A stretch of 64,000 bases of DNA from Epiperipatus broadwayi (GCA_028023455.1 JAQFVV010000006.1:16740001-16804000), one strand, 5' to 3'. Positions 26,179 to 39,760 are shown, counted from the stretch's first letter. Numbers and translations are program-made. The notes: generated by a model not told the origin, from the letters alone.

Positions 26179-27349
26179 TTACCATTAAGCTCCAAGTGTA
26201 TGAAGAATGCCTGTATTTCAAATATTATTTATATATACAATAAATTTTTTTTTTTTTTGCTAAAAAGTGTTTAAAGTAAGGTGGACAAGTTGTATTTATA
26301 TAAGATATTACAGCAGAATAAAGTGGTGGATTTAATAATATTTGTATGAAAATATTCTTTGATATTAAAAAAGAACTTATTAATTATAAATAAAAAAAAA
26401 TATGGAAGCAGGTAGGCATTTTCTGTGTGATATAATTTTTTGTTAAAAAGCAAATATATTGAAGCAAAACTGAATGTAAATATCACTTATTAAGAAAAAT
26501 GTTTTATAATTATATATAAAAAAAATGGAAATAAATAAATTGAGCAAAATATTTTTTGTTATGATATCAACCAAAGCCATCATTGTATAATTGCCAAAAT
26601 ATATTTTTTCCTCAATAGATTCACTATTGTATATATATATTTGTGCTTGGATTACTCGATTATTGCTGATATCTAAGAACTATAACTAGAATTAAAATCT
26701 GTCTGTTAAACAGTTTCTAATCATTAAAATCATTCAAAGCCTTTTTTTTTTTTTAAAAAAAAAATAATTTTTTTTTACCAACAAACATTTACAAAAGATT
26801 ACTCCCTAAAAGCAAGTTTTAGTATTTTTGGTGCAACGATTTACTTTTTTTTTTTAATATTAAAAATGAAAAGGTTGTAGGCTTTAATGGAATTTCTGGA
26901 GAAATTATATTTTGATAAGCTACGTTTTGGTTTTATAACTCATGAAATAGTATTTATTAATTAATCTTAAGAATGCTTTTATTTATATCTCTTTATAAAA
27001 ACAATGACTGAAACAGTTATGGAATGTCAGTAAAAGTAAAAGAACTAGCAAGGAATTTTATTGAATAGATGCTTTTAGCCATGAATAAGTGATTAGCAGA
27101 CACTGGGATTTTAAAGAAAAAAGAAATATAAATTGGTGCCAATAAAATTCAAGTAAAATATCTTAAGAAATGTTGAATTTATTTATTACTTTACCAATTT
27201 GCTCAAGAAACGGAGTAAATTATTGATAAGATATTAAAGATAGGGTGAAAAATAATGGAGAAAAAATTGCAATAGAATTTGTTTTATATTATTTAGATTA
27301 TTGATGTCAAACTTACTCCATTATGCTTTATATTTGGAAAAAATGTTTT

Positions 27350-27452
27350 TTCCCCTCATGTGTCACAGCATCAGCCGGGAAGCAAACTCGCTAACCCGAG
27401 ACAACTCCTCGCAAAGCAGCTGTCGCTGACCTCTCGACCACCAATGCTTGAC
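27350..27452 (-). mobile_element. Short tRNA-derived SINE, copy 2
   Basis: Homologous to 2742-2845. 15-bp TSD TGGAAAA(A/T)ATGTTTT at 27335-27349 and 27453-27467. Confidence 0.85.
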
Positions 27453-27930
27453 TGGAAAATATGTTTTAAGTGCAAATTTTCATTACTTACTAAAAATTAG
27501 ATTTATATTAAAAATATTCATTGAAAATGTTTATATACTTTATTTATTAAATACATATTCTTATATTTGTAATTTTAATCTTTTCCAAAAGAAAAAAAAA
27601 AGCAGAATTCTCTATTACATATTTTGACTTAACCAATCCTATTTAGGTATACCAGGCTTTATTAGACCCCCAATGTAATGGAGTCTGCTAAATTGAATTA
27701 ATTGATTTGAAAATGCCATTTATTATATCATTGCTAATTACTAATATTACAATTTATACAACATAGCGCTATATAAAATAAATATCTTATTCACAAACTT
27801 AGTATCATAAAAAAACAGATTTAAGCCAGAAAAATTAACAATATAAGTGTAAAAAATATATAAGAAAACTAATAATTGTTTACAATGCACAATTATGTTC
27901 TAAAGAAAACTAAAACTCTCAAAAGCATAA

Positions 27931-29305
27931 AATTAATGGTACTTGTGTATAATTCAACCGATGACGTTTTTGACTTACCGATTTCCCTTCTGGTAGACAT
28001 CGACGTTTTTTTGCATGACAACATTGTCATGGTAACCAAGTGACTGGTGTGATTAATCCATCAGAGAGTCAATTTTTTTTTTCACCCGCGAGATTTAAAA
28101 TTCGTAGAGAGGTTTGGGAATTTTTTTGATTTTTCTGTCTATTGTGATTTTGCTATCCACGGCATCACAGTTACTTTTTTGAGCTGTTAATTTGGGTAAA
28201 GTGTTTTATTTATCTGTTTATTTTAAATTTACAAAATTTTTTTGTTAATATTTCTACAATTCTCAAACTTACATTGAATTACGTTTAATGTGTAAATAAT
28301 TTATTCCGGTAAAGTGTTTTTTTATTTATCTGTTTACTTTAAATTTACAAAAAGTTTTTGTTAATATTTCTACAATTCTGAAACTTACATTGAATTACGT
28401 TTAATGTGTAAATAATTTTCAATAATTTTTTAAAATAAATTTGGAATATACATTACCAAATGCATGTGATAACAAGGACGCCATTAATGCCAGATTCACA
28501 TTAATTCGGGTAAAGTGTTTTATTTGTTTATTTTAAATTTACAAAAACTTTTGTGTTACGTTTTTAATGTGTAAATAATTTGAAATAATTTTTTAAATCA
28601 ATTTTGCAATATGCAGTACGTTTTTAAAATTACCAAATGCATGTAAAAGTGCGGCGTTTTCTGGACGCCATTAATACCAGATTTGCATTAGATCGCGTCT
28701 TTTTTATGTAGGTGTTTATTTAAAATTTACAAAAAGTTTTTGTTAATATTTCTACAATTCTCAAACTTATTTACAAAAAATATTTGTTAATATTTCTACA
28801 ATTCTCAAACTTACATTGAATTACGTTTTAATTTTATTTTTAATTTCTGAATTATATCATACAGCTATGAGAGTAATACAATGTCTGATATATGTGTACG
28901 CTGAGCCTGCGGCTCGACAAAAACATCCGAAGGTCCCCCCCCTGCCAATTCCAGCGCTACGCGCTGCTGTATTTTAAAATTGAGAATAATATTTTGACGC
29001 ATGCATGTACATTTTTTTAATTTTTTTTTAGTATTTGCCTGACCTGCGTCAGATATTTTTCATTTTTGAATATTTTTTAGCATGTGACCTGGATAATTCA
29101 ACCGATGACGTATTACCCTGAAGGCATATCAGTCTAATCTTGCGATTTTTAACGTACCGTGTTCACGTGATCTACGGACACATTTTAGCGATTACATGTG
29201 TCCGCAGATCACATGGAGATGTTATCTTAAAAATCGCAAGATTAGACTGATATGCCTTCAGGGTAATATGTCATCGGTTGAATTATACACAAGAACCAAA
29301 TTAAT
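27931..29305. mobile_element. Unclassified non-autonomous TIR element with ~113-bp internal subrepeats and a terminal 194-bp palindrome
   Basis: Left end AATTAATGGTACTTGTGTATAATTCAACCGATGAC is the near reverse complement of right end GTCATCGGTTGAATTATACACAAGAACCAAATTAAT. Subrepeats GGTAAAGTGTTTT...TGTGTAAATAATT lie at about 28195, 28307 and 28508, with partial copies at 28715-28830. Confidence 0.75.
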
Positions 29306-31037
29306 ATGTAAACTTATATATGCTAATAAAAAAAATATTATTGCTTTCAGAATTTCCATTTTGTTAAGGAACTAACATTCAACAGTAATCCTATCCATAT
29401 TAGCAACTTCATTAGGCCTCATAATGCTTTCCAATCCAGTTTTTTTTGTGAATCCAGTGAACTTTACTGTGCTGGCAATAAACTCTTTCACAAAAAGAGA
29501 ACTTGTACTAGGAAACAGAGATAAAAATCCTTCAGATACATGCTTAATCTTTTCACAAATAATTATCTCATTGATGGTATCACTTGCCATTTATTTTGGA
29601 TTAATCTGCATTAACAAATGAGTTTCCATTACTTCCTCAATGTCTCAACATAAATTGCTCAAGCTGAAATTCTTTTATACTGATTGTAGACATTTTGTGA
29701 TTTATAGATTGCTGATTTAATCATACCACATCGTGAATCATTTTATAGCTTTCAATTTTCTGGTTCGTTATTGTAATTAGTAAAGTTGAATAAATTGCAA
29801 AATGAAAACAAAATGTAAATAACATCACAAAGTATGATAATGGTAACTTACTCAGAAGTTAACGACTGTGAAAAGGCTTATGCATTGCCGTATTAACCAG
29901 TATGTTTGTCCATTTAGCAATTCTATTTTTAGTACTTGGACAGCCATCATTTACTAGGATTTAGGGTTGGATTTTTTTATTTTTGTCATTAACTATTATC
30001 AATTTTAAGTGTGGCACATGCCTAAATGGATAATATAGTTTTATCATTTAAATATCAGTCATTTTTACCGTTTTCATTTTGAGAAAAAAAAATCTTTTTG
30101 CCACTAGCATTACCAGATTTTAAATTCTGTTTTTATGGCTATGTCTGATATTACTACAGTATATACAGCATAGTAAAATACTTTTAAATATAATATGTAC
30201 AACATTTTTAATGCTAAAGATAAAAAGTGTTATACCAACTAAATTGATGATTAATATTTGGTGCTTATTTTTGCATTTGTTTTGTAACTTTTTAAATAAA
30301 TCATTAGTTTATTTCTCTAATTATGCCTCTAGATCTCACTGTGTAAACAAATTAATATCAATTTAAATTATAAACTTTTCTTTTGAAACTTCTAAATTTT
30401 TATATATTAAAGTAATTGTAATATTATATAAAACATATAACAACTTATCTTTAAAATTTAAAGAACTGCATTTCTTAAGTATTATATTTGTTACCATTAA
30501 ACCTATTAGAAAATAGAAATGGAAACAAAAAATAAAGAGAGAAATTGAACATTTTTTATAAAAAAAATTATTTATTATTTTTTTTATATCATAAACTCAT
30601 TTTTACACTGTCAATTTTATTGCATCACATAGCAACCACATTTTAAGTCTTGGGAAATCCAAACAAAGATAGAAAAATTAAAGATGTGTTTCATTATGAT
30701 TTTTCAAAACAATCCATGAAATACAAATAATCTATTGGTCTTTTAATTTATTCATATCTTAACTTGAACATCCACTTAATTTCTGGAGAATTTTTTTTTT
30801 TTTTTTAAAGTCTTCAAGGTCATACTTAATTCTCTTTTCATATATATATTATACATGCTTAGTAATTTGATGTGAAGCCATATTTAAAAAAAAATCTTAT
30901 AAAAACTATAATGATGACCAGTTAAAAAAATTTGAATTGAAATGAATGAATGAATACTCATGGAAGTGCATGAAATAAATGTTAGAATACCTTTGTTATT
31001 ATTAGATAGATTTGTTTTTATTTGATAATAAGCATGA

Positions 31038-31272
<235 letters not shown>

Positions 31273-31499
31273 CCCGCCCACCCATCCCCTGCCCACTTGT
31301 CCACCCGCCCAATGTCCATCCATTCAGCAATCAATCTAGTATTAATAACAAATACAATGACAACATCAATAATAAAATAGTTAATTTTTATGCACTTTTA
31401 TGTGCATTCTTCATTCCATTTTGTCTTTTTTATTTATTTCTACAAATCATTAGAGTCAATTTTGACCTTAAAGTGCTGGTAATATTACTTGAACTTCAC

Positions 31500-32400
31500 A
31501 AAGGGGTTTGTTTCTAGAAATATTCTTCAAGGATTTTGTTGTAATTCCTTATCCAAAGAAGATTGTCAACAATAGAGAATCACCTCATAAACTCAAGATA
31601 ACCTTTTGCAACAATGGACTGAAAAACAATCTCATGCTTTGCTATTTAGAAGTAGTCTTGGAATAACCTAACTTATTCTCCATGCTATCTAGAAGCAATT
31701 TTGGTCTATATCCTGGTTTATTCTTCTTAATTGTCTTTAAGGTTAGTTCTAAAATAATTTTTAGGAATAACCTCTTTGGAAAACTGGCTGGTGCTGCTTA
31801 GGGTTGTGATGTGAATTTTTTCCCTTATAACTCTTCCATTTGCAGAAAAACTGCCCACAATAAGTTTCTTGATATTCATTTAAATATTTATGTGAAAATC
31901 ATTGACACAATCAAGCCTACTTATGCAGTGGCTTCCTGATCTTTCATATATTCCTCCAGATGCCAGAAGAAATGTTACTTAAGAAAGATAAAAAGTCAGA
32001 CCTAATTCAAATGTTTAATCACCAAAAATTTAGTCTCTTGATTTCCTTTTTGATATTCATCCAAGACTCATGCCAAACATTCAAAAAATATGATGTAAAA
32101 ATTGAATTTCCAATGAGATTCCAAACATCTTCCACCCCTCTAACTGGCTGAAATTGATCTTTCTTACTGTAATCTCAAAAAGATTCAGGACAATCTATGA
32201 CAGTTGCACTCAAATATTTCATAATCTATGAACTCTATGCAAATAATTATGATGTAAAAAATTGAACTTCTAATAAGATGTACTTTTTTTTTCTCTCCGA
32301 GATCCAACTGTAAAGCTGCTACTGATTTGATCTTTCTAGATGTTGCTGGAATCTTGACAGATTTAGAACAATCTATAATGGTTGTGTTCATCTCTTTCAT
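31500..32400 (+). pseudogene. Possible decayed leucine-rich-repeat coding remnant
   Basis: Fragments SWNNLTY, EIDLSYCNLKKI and LIFLDVAG appear in shifting frames with many stops. The region is less AT-rich than its flanks. Confidence 0.25.
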
Positions 32401-33459
32401 AAATCATATGGTAACAGTCATTGACCTGTATAGATAAGGGATTAAACACAAAAGTGTCTAACAAATTTATAAGTGCAGTGAATTTATTATTAGGCCATTA
32501 ATAAATTTATCTTCTGGTTGGAATCTGTACATAAAAGAAATCTATAGAGATTATCTTTTGTTAATAGATTTTTTTTTTTAATATTTATAAATGCATATGA
32601 AAAATTGGAGAGAAAATAGTGGAGAATAAAGTTATCAGTGACGTAATAATATTTCAAAGAAAAAAAAAATTTGTATTATAGTATGTCCCTGATAGTTTTT
32701 TTAAATGACAGTCTCACTAAGGCCAATTTAATATCCACCCAGTTAGTGGGTATCTACTTAATTTAGCTAGAGCATGGAGGAAAAACGACAACCTATATCA
32801 AATGAGAAGCCTGATGAATGGAGTATTTTTCTATTGTTTCCTTGGTAGGAGCGTTGAAAAGATCTTTGCTCTGCAGTAGGTGTTTAAAAAACTTTTTTTA
32901 CATTTTATCTTGTTAAAGACAAATCTTTTTAAAATCTTTATTCACTTTGAGAAAATAGCGATTTAAAGACAGTTTTATCATTATTTTTTATGCTTTAAAG
33001 AATTTGAATTAATATATATTATTGAAAGACTGAAATGGAGCTTAAACTTTACTCCAACATATTGGCTTAGAAAGCGACCATAGGTGAGATGGATGGATGA
33101 AATAAGGTTTTTTTTTTTTTTTTTTTGGAGTGATGTTGAAAAGAGAGATTATGGATCTGAGAAAATGATTTAAAATTGAAGATACCTTCTTTAGCTTGCG
33201 GTGAATCGATAATAGTTGTAAAATTATTACTATAATCAAATGATTAAAAATGATTTGTAAGACTTGAAAAAAATATACAAAATGGAATGAATGATTGATC
33301 CATTAACATCAATCACTTGTAAGTACGTTTAAGCATGAATGAAGAAATTGGAAGAGAGCTTTTATTGGTTATATATGTATTTAACCAATATATATATATT
33401 TGAAGTTCCATACTAATTGGGATTTGAGCATATTTTCCTTTCATCATCTTTTAATATAT

Positions 33460-33749
33460 AGGGTATATGAGCACAGACTTTCACACGACTCATCACTCTC
33501 CACACCATCTCATAACACTGATACATCTGAACACATATGCCGAAAAGATAAATAATCACCAATATACGTATTTCATGCTAAACCAGCAATCATCAGTTGG
33601 TCCAGATTAGATTACCATCTCCACCACATATATGCTATAAGTGTTCAGATATATATTAAGATAGCCAAACCTGATACTTTAATGGACAGGCTTCAATCTA
33701 CTCCACACTTTAACTCTTCAACCGTCCATCCAATTGAAAATCTGATGAT
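33460..33749 (-). mobile_element. HHR-bearing repeat family A, copy A5
   Basis: Aligns with A1 and A7. Begins GGGTATATGAGCACAGACTTTCACACGAC after a TA-rich flank. Confidence 0.88.
33552..33609 (-). ncRNA. Hammerhead motif A5, core intact, palindromic helix III
   Basis: Minus strand: UAAUC UGG ACCAA CUGAUGA UUGCU GGUUU AGCAU GAAA UACGUA UA UUGGU GAUUAU. U-U at the first helix II pair. Confidence 0.82.
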
Positions 33750-35890
33750 TAATATTAATAAATAAAAGCTTAGATTTTTAAACGGCTGAGACGTAAACAC
33801 CCACATGCTATAAATTTTGAAGGTTTTCAGATAGCTGCCAATGGAATAATCAACTAACATAGTAAATGCCCAACTATTCTTAGCTGGGGGCTAATGAAGA
33901 AAAATGTTAATTTTCCACTACGCATTGTGTGATAAGTATTATGTACTTTTACATTTTTGAAGATTGCGGTGGTGATATTCTGAAGCGGTCATTCAGAATA
34001 GAATAAGAACTTTACCATGTAAATTATATCTTTAATTAATGAATCAAAAAGTAATACTCAATCTTAGAAGAAATATAATTTCCAATTTCCAAAGACACTC
34101 TTGTATTTACAAATGGATTTAATAATAATAAAAAAGTTTTAAATACTGTATATGTATGTATTATAAGTTTTGAAGTGATGTGGACAAGAGAGGCTAGAGA
34201 TCGAGAAAATGAATTGAGAGATCATCATCCTGCTGTGGATCGATAATAACTGAAAATGACGATGATGATGATGATATAAGTTCTCTTCCCGAAGCCAGGC
34301 TTCTATCTAGACAACAGGATATGATGATCAAACGGTAAATTTCCTATTGAATACAATTTATTAACGTTTAACATTTTATGACATAAAGCTTATCCCGTCA
34401 TGATTTAATGGATGTTTTAAGGCCAATACACGTTATTCTACGTCTCTAGACAATTGGTTAGATATTATGAGCAAGTGGAAAACATTGGTTACCGTCAGTT
34501 ATTGTTTACCACCGAGAACAATGTATTAAAGTTTGACGTTTTAATGTTAGTTAAGCCTATTTATTTTATAATAATGGATATTTTGTTAAGAGAAAAGTAA
34601 TTTCAAGTCTAGTAGTATTTTATTTGATTATTTAAGCAATTTTTTAAAATTTGAGTCAATATATTGCTTTTTATTAATATACAGCTCACGTCTAATCCAA
34701 AATACGTGTATAAATTTTTAAGTTACTTCGTAACAAAACGATATGAAATTTTAATTACGAAAAAATAAAAAGCAAAAAAAAAAAAGAACGAGGACATTAG
34801 TTTTAATATAAGTTGATTTTTATTATTTACAAATAATTTAATTTGAGATTTGCATACATTATAATATAGAATATTATTTAAGTTTTGACGAATATATATA
34901 TAATAATAAATTACAATCCTGGAATTTTACTTTAGAAAGACCTAACCCTAAAATTAACCCTAAACCTAACCATAACAAGTTTTACTTTTAGTTGTCATTC
35001 TATTTGAAATAAAAACTAGTGGTAAACAACAACAACAAAAAAAAGCCGTAACCCCAGTAAAAAAATCTCCGATAGAAAATTGATTTTTCTAATAAAAAGC
35101 AAACTAAAAAAGACGAATCAAATTGTAATTTGTTTATTTTATTTTACATTTATTATTATCATTTAATTTGTATACGTTAATAAAAAATAATATTTAAAAT
35201 TAAATAATATTTAAAAAAGACGATTTTCTTTTGTTTTTATTTTTGCATTACAAAAAACACATCAAAATGATTATAATTAACAGCCCGGGAATGATCATAT
35301 TTTATAGTTTAAACGTGAAAACAGCGCCATCGAGTGGGATATAGTAGCTATTTGACGACAACCAAACAATTAAATAAAATAATAAAATTTTTAGCCCCCT
35401 CCCCAAGTTGTTCTCAGCCTATATTTCACATTATTAATTATTTAAAATTAGTTGGTAAATGATTATTTATTTACTCATAGTTAGAGAGCAAAACAAATAT
35501 TAAAAAACTTTCAATAAACACAAGATTTATCATTTAGGTACCTGGCTTAGCTAGTCATCCAATATTGGTTAGTAAATGGGTATAAGTAAAGCAAACATTG
35601 AAAAATGTCAAATTTAGAAAGCCTAATAATACATTTTTTTACAATGTTCTTCTGTGTGAGAGCTGGGAGATGCTTTTGCCCTGCAATAGACTTTTTAAAA
35701 GCTTCTTACTTAGCCATCACCTATATGTAGTTTAGACATGTTAATGCACATTTCTGTCAGCCATTTAATTAAATTAGAAAATTTAATGAAGGGGCAAATT
35801 CTTGGAGGAAATAACGTTAATTATGTTTAATTGAAATCAGCATTCAATGGAAAAATCAATAAATTAACTTAAAGTAGAGATTTTAATATA

Positions 35891-36091
35891 TGAATTTTTT
35901 TTTCTACAGTACAGGCTTTTTCATATCTGCACTCCAATACGATAATCTGGACCAACTGACGAGTGCTGGTTTAGCACAAAATACGTATATTGGTAATTAT
36001 GTATCTTTTCGAGATGTGTGTGATCGTGTCAGCAGTATGAGATAGCGTGGATAGTTGAAGGGTCCTGTGAAAGTCTGAGTTCAAATCCCCT
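35891..36091 (+). mobile_element. HHR-bearing repeat family A, copy A6 (internal ~150-bp deletion relative to A8)
   Basis: The 5' block GGCTTTTTCATA(T/C)CTGCACTCCAATA is shared with A8 and joins directly to GATAATCTGGACCAA. Ends GAGTTCAAATCCCCT. Confidence 0.88.
35942..36000 (+). ncRNA. Hammerhead motif A6, core-mutated (GAAA to AAAA)
   Basis: AUAAUC UGG ACCAA CUGACGA GUGCU GGUUU AGCAC AAAA UACGUA UA UUGGU AAUUAU. Perfect 5-bp helix II and palindromic helix III; G12 is lost at a CpG. Confidence 0.78.
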
Positions 36092-38489
36092 TAAAGTATA
36101 GATTAATATAAAAAAATGTAGGATATGTATTTAATAAATTAATAATGACAAGACTTACATTTAATTTCATATTTTAGATGACAGCACTGTAAAGCTTTTA
36201 TACATGTTATAAATTGACCACTACTTACTTTCATTTAATCAATTTTTTTTTTCAATTACTTTTTTTTTTGAATCAAACTTTTTATTTTATTTTATAATAG
36301 TATATATATTTAAAAAAAAGTATATACTCATTACTGTTTACTATTCGACATGAAGGTTGACACAATGTAGTAACATATCAACCTATTATGCCCACAGTCT
36401 GTGTTGGAAATCATGTTTTTTTTCCAGGTTTCAAGCAGGTAGCTGGTTGAATTCCAAAATTGGTGATAAATGTAGATTCTAGCTGATCTTAACGAGCGTA
36501 AAACAGCAATGGAAAGTCATTTAAACCGTCAGCACCAAGCATTTGACAAGGCTAATGAGTAATGCATTCTTTTCAATGTTCATTTTTGAAACAATGCAGG
36601 AGAGACCGGTGCTCTTCAATAAGTTACTTTAGGGATATTTTATTTTTTAAAAAAAACTCATATTAAAATAGAATATAGGTAACAACTATACTGTTATATT
36701 GTATTGTTATACCAGTTCTCGATTATTAACATTAATACCTCTGAAAATTACCCCCATTTTTACCAATTGAATACCAATCTTTTCATCATGAGCTGTGCTC
36801 AGAAACTATCAGTTTTTGCAAACAAGGATCTCTTCTCATATATTTAAATAAACTTTAGGTATATATAGAGAATTTTTTTTTTTTTAAATTTTGGGTAATT
36901 TACAATATTTATTTACTCTCCACCTTGTCTGCCATTTTTGTATGAAGGTATGACCACTGTTCTTTGATTTTCCTTACATCCAACTGTAATAAAATCATTT
37001 TTCTATTTACTTCTAATTTTTTTTAGATTCCTCATTTTAATTTGGGGGAATCAATTTAGATTGATATATATATTTGAGATTTTTTTAAAATTGGAAATGA
37101 GTGCTAACAATATTTTCCATTTTATTTATAAAAGATTACATAAATAATGTGTATATACGTTTATACTTTTTAGTGGAGTATCTTGTGTGAAAGAAGAAGT
37201 GTCATTCCCACGATTGGTGTTCGAATTTCGATTTGATAAAACTTGAGAATGAGTTTTTTACAACTTAGTTAAGCTTCCGGTTAATAGTCAGTGAATTGAT
37301 TGATATCTCGTTAATCTTAGCTCGGGAGCAAACTAAGAATGAAAAAAGAATCAAAGCCTCATCGCCCAATTATTGACAAAAAGGGATGACTAATACCTTG
37401 CCCTCACTATTTCTCTATGTGTGGCTCTAGAGAGGACTTAGGCCTACAATTGACTATTTAAAAGCTATTTTACTATTTTCTTAGTGTAGACAAACTCATA
37501 AAATATTCTACTCCTACGCTGTGATATAATATTAGCGTTGAATTAAGTAGTAATTTGTTTTCAATCTCATAGTTTGAAATTGATAAATTTGCATTAGAAT
37601 TATCCGCAATCATATTGAGACAATTATTGAATTTGCAAACAGAAATAAAATCCTCCGTTATAATAAAGCAAATTGTGCAATAATGAATTTGGTCGGTTGG
37701 TTGTGTTGATTTGAAGATAGCTATCATTTAAACTATTAAGAAGTTCGAAACAAACTAAATTTAAAAATTGTTGAACTACAGTTCTAAAAATAAATATTTA
37801 CATTTTAATTAAAATCCCAAATTTTAAGATAATGAATGTATTTTTAGGTATTATAATGGATTTTTTTTATGCAATCGGCGGCGGTTAAACATGATTAAAA
37901 GTTAATTTAATATTTCATAATTGTACGAATAGAAACGACAAATTTATGCAAATTGTTATCCCCCCCCCCATCACTTATTGATTCACGTGCGCATGGATCA
38001 CAAGGCATGTGAATACATCAGGCCATGTTTTAATTCTCTGGAGTAAGGGGGAAAATAGCTATGTTTGCTGAAAGATTCACCCCCCCACAACAAATGTCTG
38101 GAGCAATTAGTAAAGAATCGGGAACTCACAGAGGCTGAACAAATTTGTCTGAGGAATTAAGTAAAAATACAAAAGAAATCAATACTAATTAGTAGAGATA
38201 ATGAAGCTATCCATATTCGTTCAGAATAGTAATTAAACATACTGGAGAGGAAAAAAAAACAAACTATAAAAGATGATAAACTGAAAAGAATAAAGAGAAA
38301 TTGTTAAATTGCTCTAGTCCAATTTAAATATCATAAATGCAGAGGTAGGGTATTAAGTCAACCAAAAAATGGATCATCTTATTCTATATATAGACGTATT
38401 TGTGATTCAGAGATTGATGTGCACAGTCACCACAAAACTCATTTTTAGAGTATGTTTTCTTTTTTCTTTTGGAATTGGAATGGCCACAA

Positions 38490-39760
38490 TTGTTGAGCAG
38501 TTGTTATTAGAGTGGTGGTGGACCCTGAAGCTCATTGTTCATAGATTGCAGACCCAATTGTCATTTCCTGTAATAAAAATTATGAACTCTTGAAAGCAAT
38601 AAACCTTGTGATTCCTTGCTTAGCACAATTTAATATAATGGTAGAATGACAAACTGTAAGGCATGCTTCCAACTGTCACATCTGATTCTTGAATTCACGA
38701 TTAATCATTTGATTATTTGGTTCTGCATGATTTGATGCAATGATATAGTGGTGGAATCTGGAGCTCAAGATTTATGGACCATGATTTCTGTCATAATCTA
38801 TGTTTGAATTCATGAACAATAAATCATATGATTATTTGATCCATGATTTGCTGCAATGGTAAGCAATGGACTTTGGAGTTCAAGGTCTATGGACTATGAT
38901 TTCAGCAGTCATGTCCTATGTTTGATTTCATGATCAACAAATCATTTGATTATTTGGGTTTGCATGATTTGGTTCAATGGTAGAATAATGGACTCTGGAA
39001 CTCAAGATCTATGGATCATGATTTCAGTTCTCATGTGCTATGTTTGAATTCATGATCAATGAATCATTTGATTATTTGGTTTTGAATGATTTTGTGCAGT
39101 TGTATAATAATGGACTTTGGAGCTCAAGATCTATGGGCCATGATTTTAGCTGTTGCATTCTATGTTTGAATTCATGATCAATAAATTTTTTTGATTATTT
39201 GGTTCTACAGAATTTAATGCAATATTATAACGGGGGATTCTAAAGACCAAGATCAATGGACCAGCTATCACATTCTATATTTAAATTCATGATGAATAAA
39301 TCATTTGATTATTTGGTTCGGCATGATTTGGTACAGTAGTATAGTAATGGACTCTGGAGCTCAAGGTTTAAGAGGCATGATTTTAGCTGTCATGTCCTAT
39401 GCTTGAATTCATGATCAATAAATCATTTGATTATTTGGTTCTGCATGATTTGGTGCAATGGTATAATTGTGGACTTTGGAGCTCAAGGTCTATGGATCAT
39501 GATTTCAGCTCTCAGGTCTTATGCTTGAATTCATGATCCAATAAATCATTGATTATTTGTTTCTGCTTGATTTAGCATAATGATGGGCTGTGGAGCTCAA
39601 AGTCTTAAAGGACTAGTTTTAGCAGTCACATCCTATGCTTGAATTCATGATATGTGAATCAATTATTTGCCTCTGCTTTGTTTGATGCAATGGTAGACTG
39701 ATGGATTCTGGATCTTGAGGTCTATGGACCATGACTCCAGCTGCCACTTCCCCTGTTCAA
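38490..39760. repeat. Tandem array of a ~122-bp unit (about 9 clear units plus 1-2 degenerate units at the left)
   Basis: The GAATTCA(T/C)GA anchor, or a one-base variant of it, recurs at about 38691, 38806, 38924, 39046, 39168, 39283, 39405, 39527 and 39641 (spacing 114-122 bp). Confidence 0.93.

Noticed and set aside
34940-34976. CCTAACCCTAA-like telomeric or Helentron-type motif
   Set aside because: Only about 3 imperfect units. No termini or hairpin could be defined to support an element call.
36471-36640. Possible host exon(s), ILADLNERKTAMESHLNRQHQAFDKANE, with nearby AG/GT sites
   Set aside because: Short, with a weak acceptor and no recognisable homology; the implied next intron is only ~41 nt. 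Needs RNA-seq.
38490-39760. CRISPR array or repetitive protein
   Set aside because: The units are contiguous homologous repeats without unique spacers, the context is eukaryotic, and the 122-bp period breaks frame.
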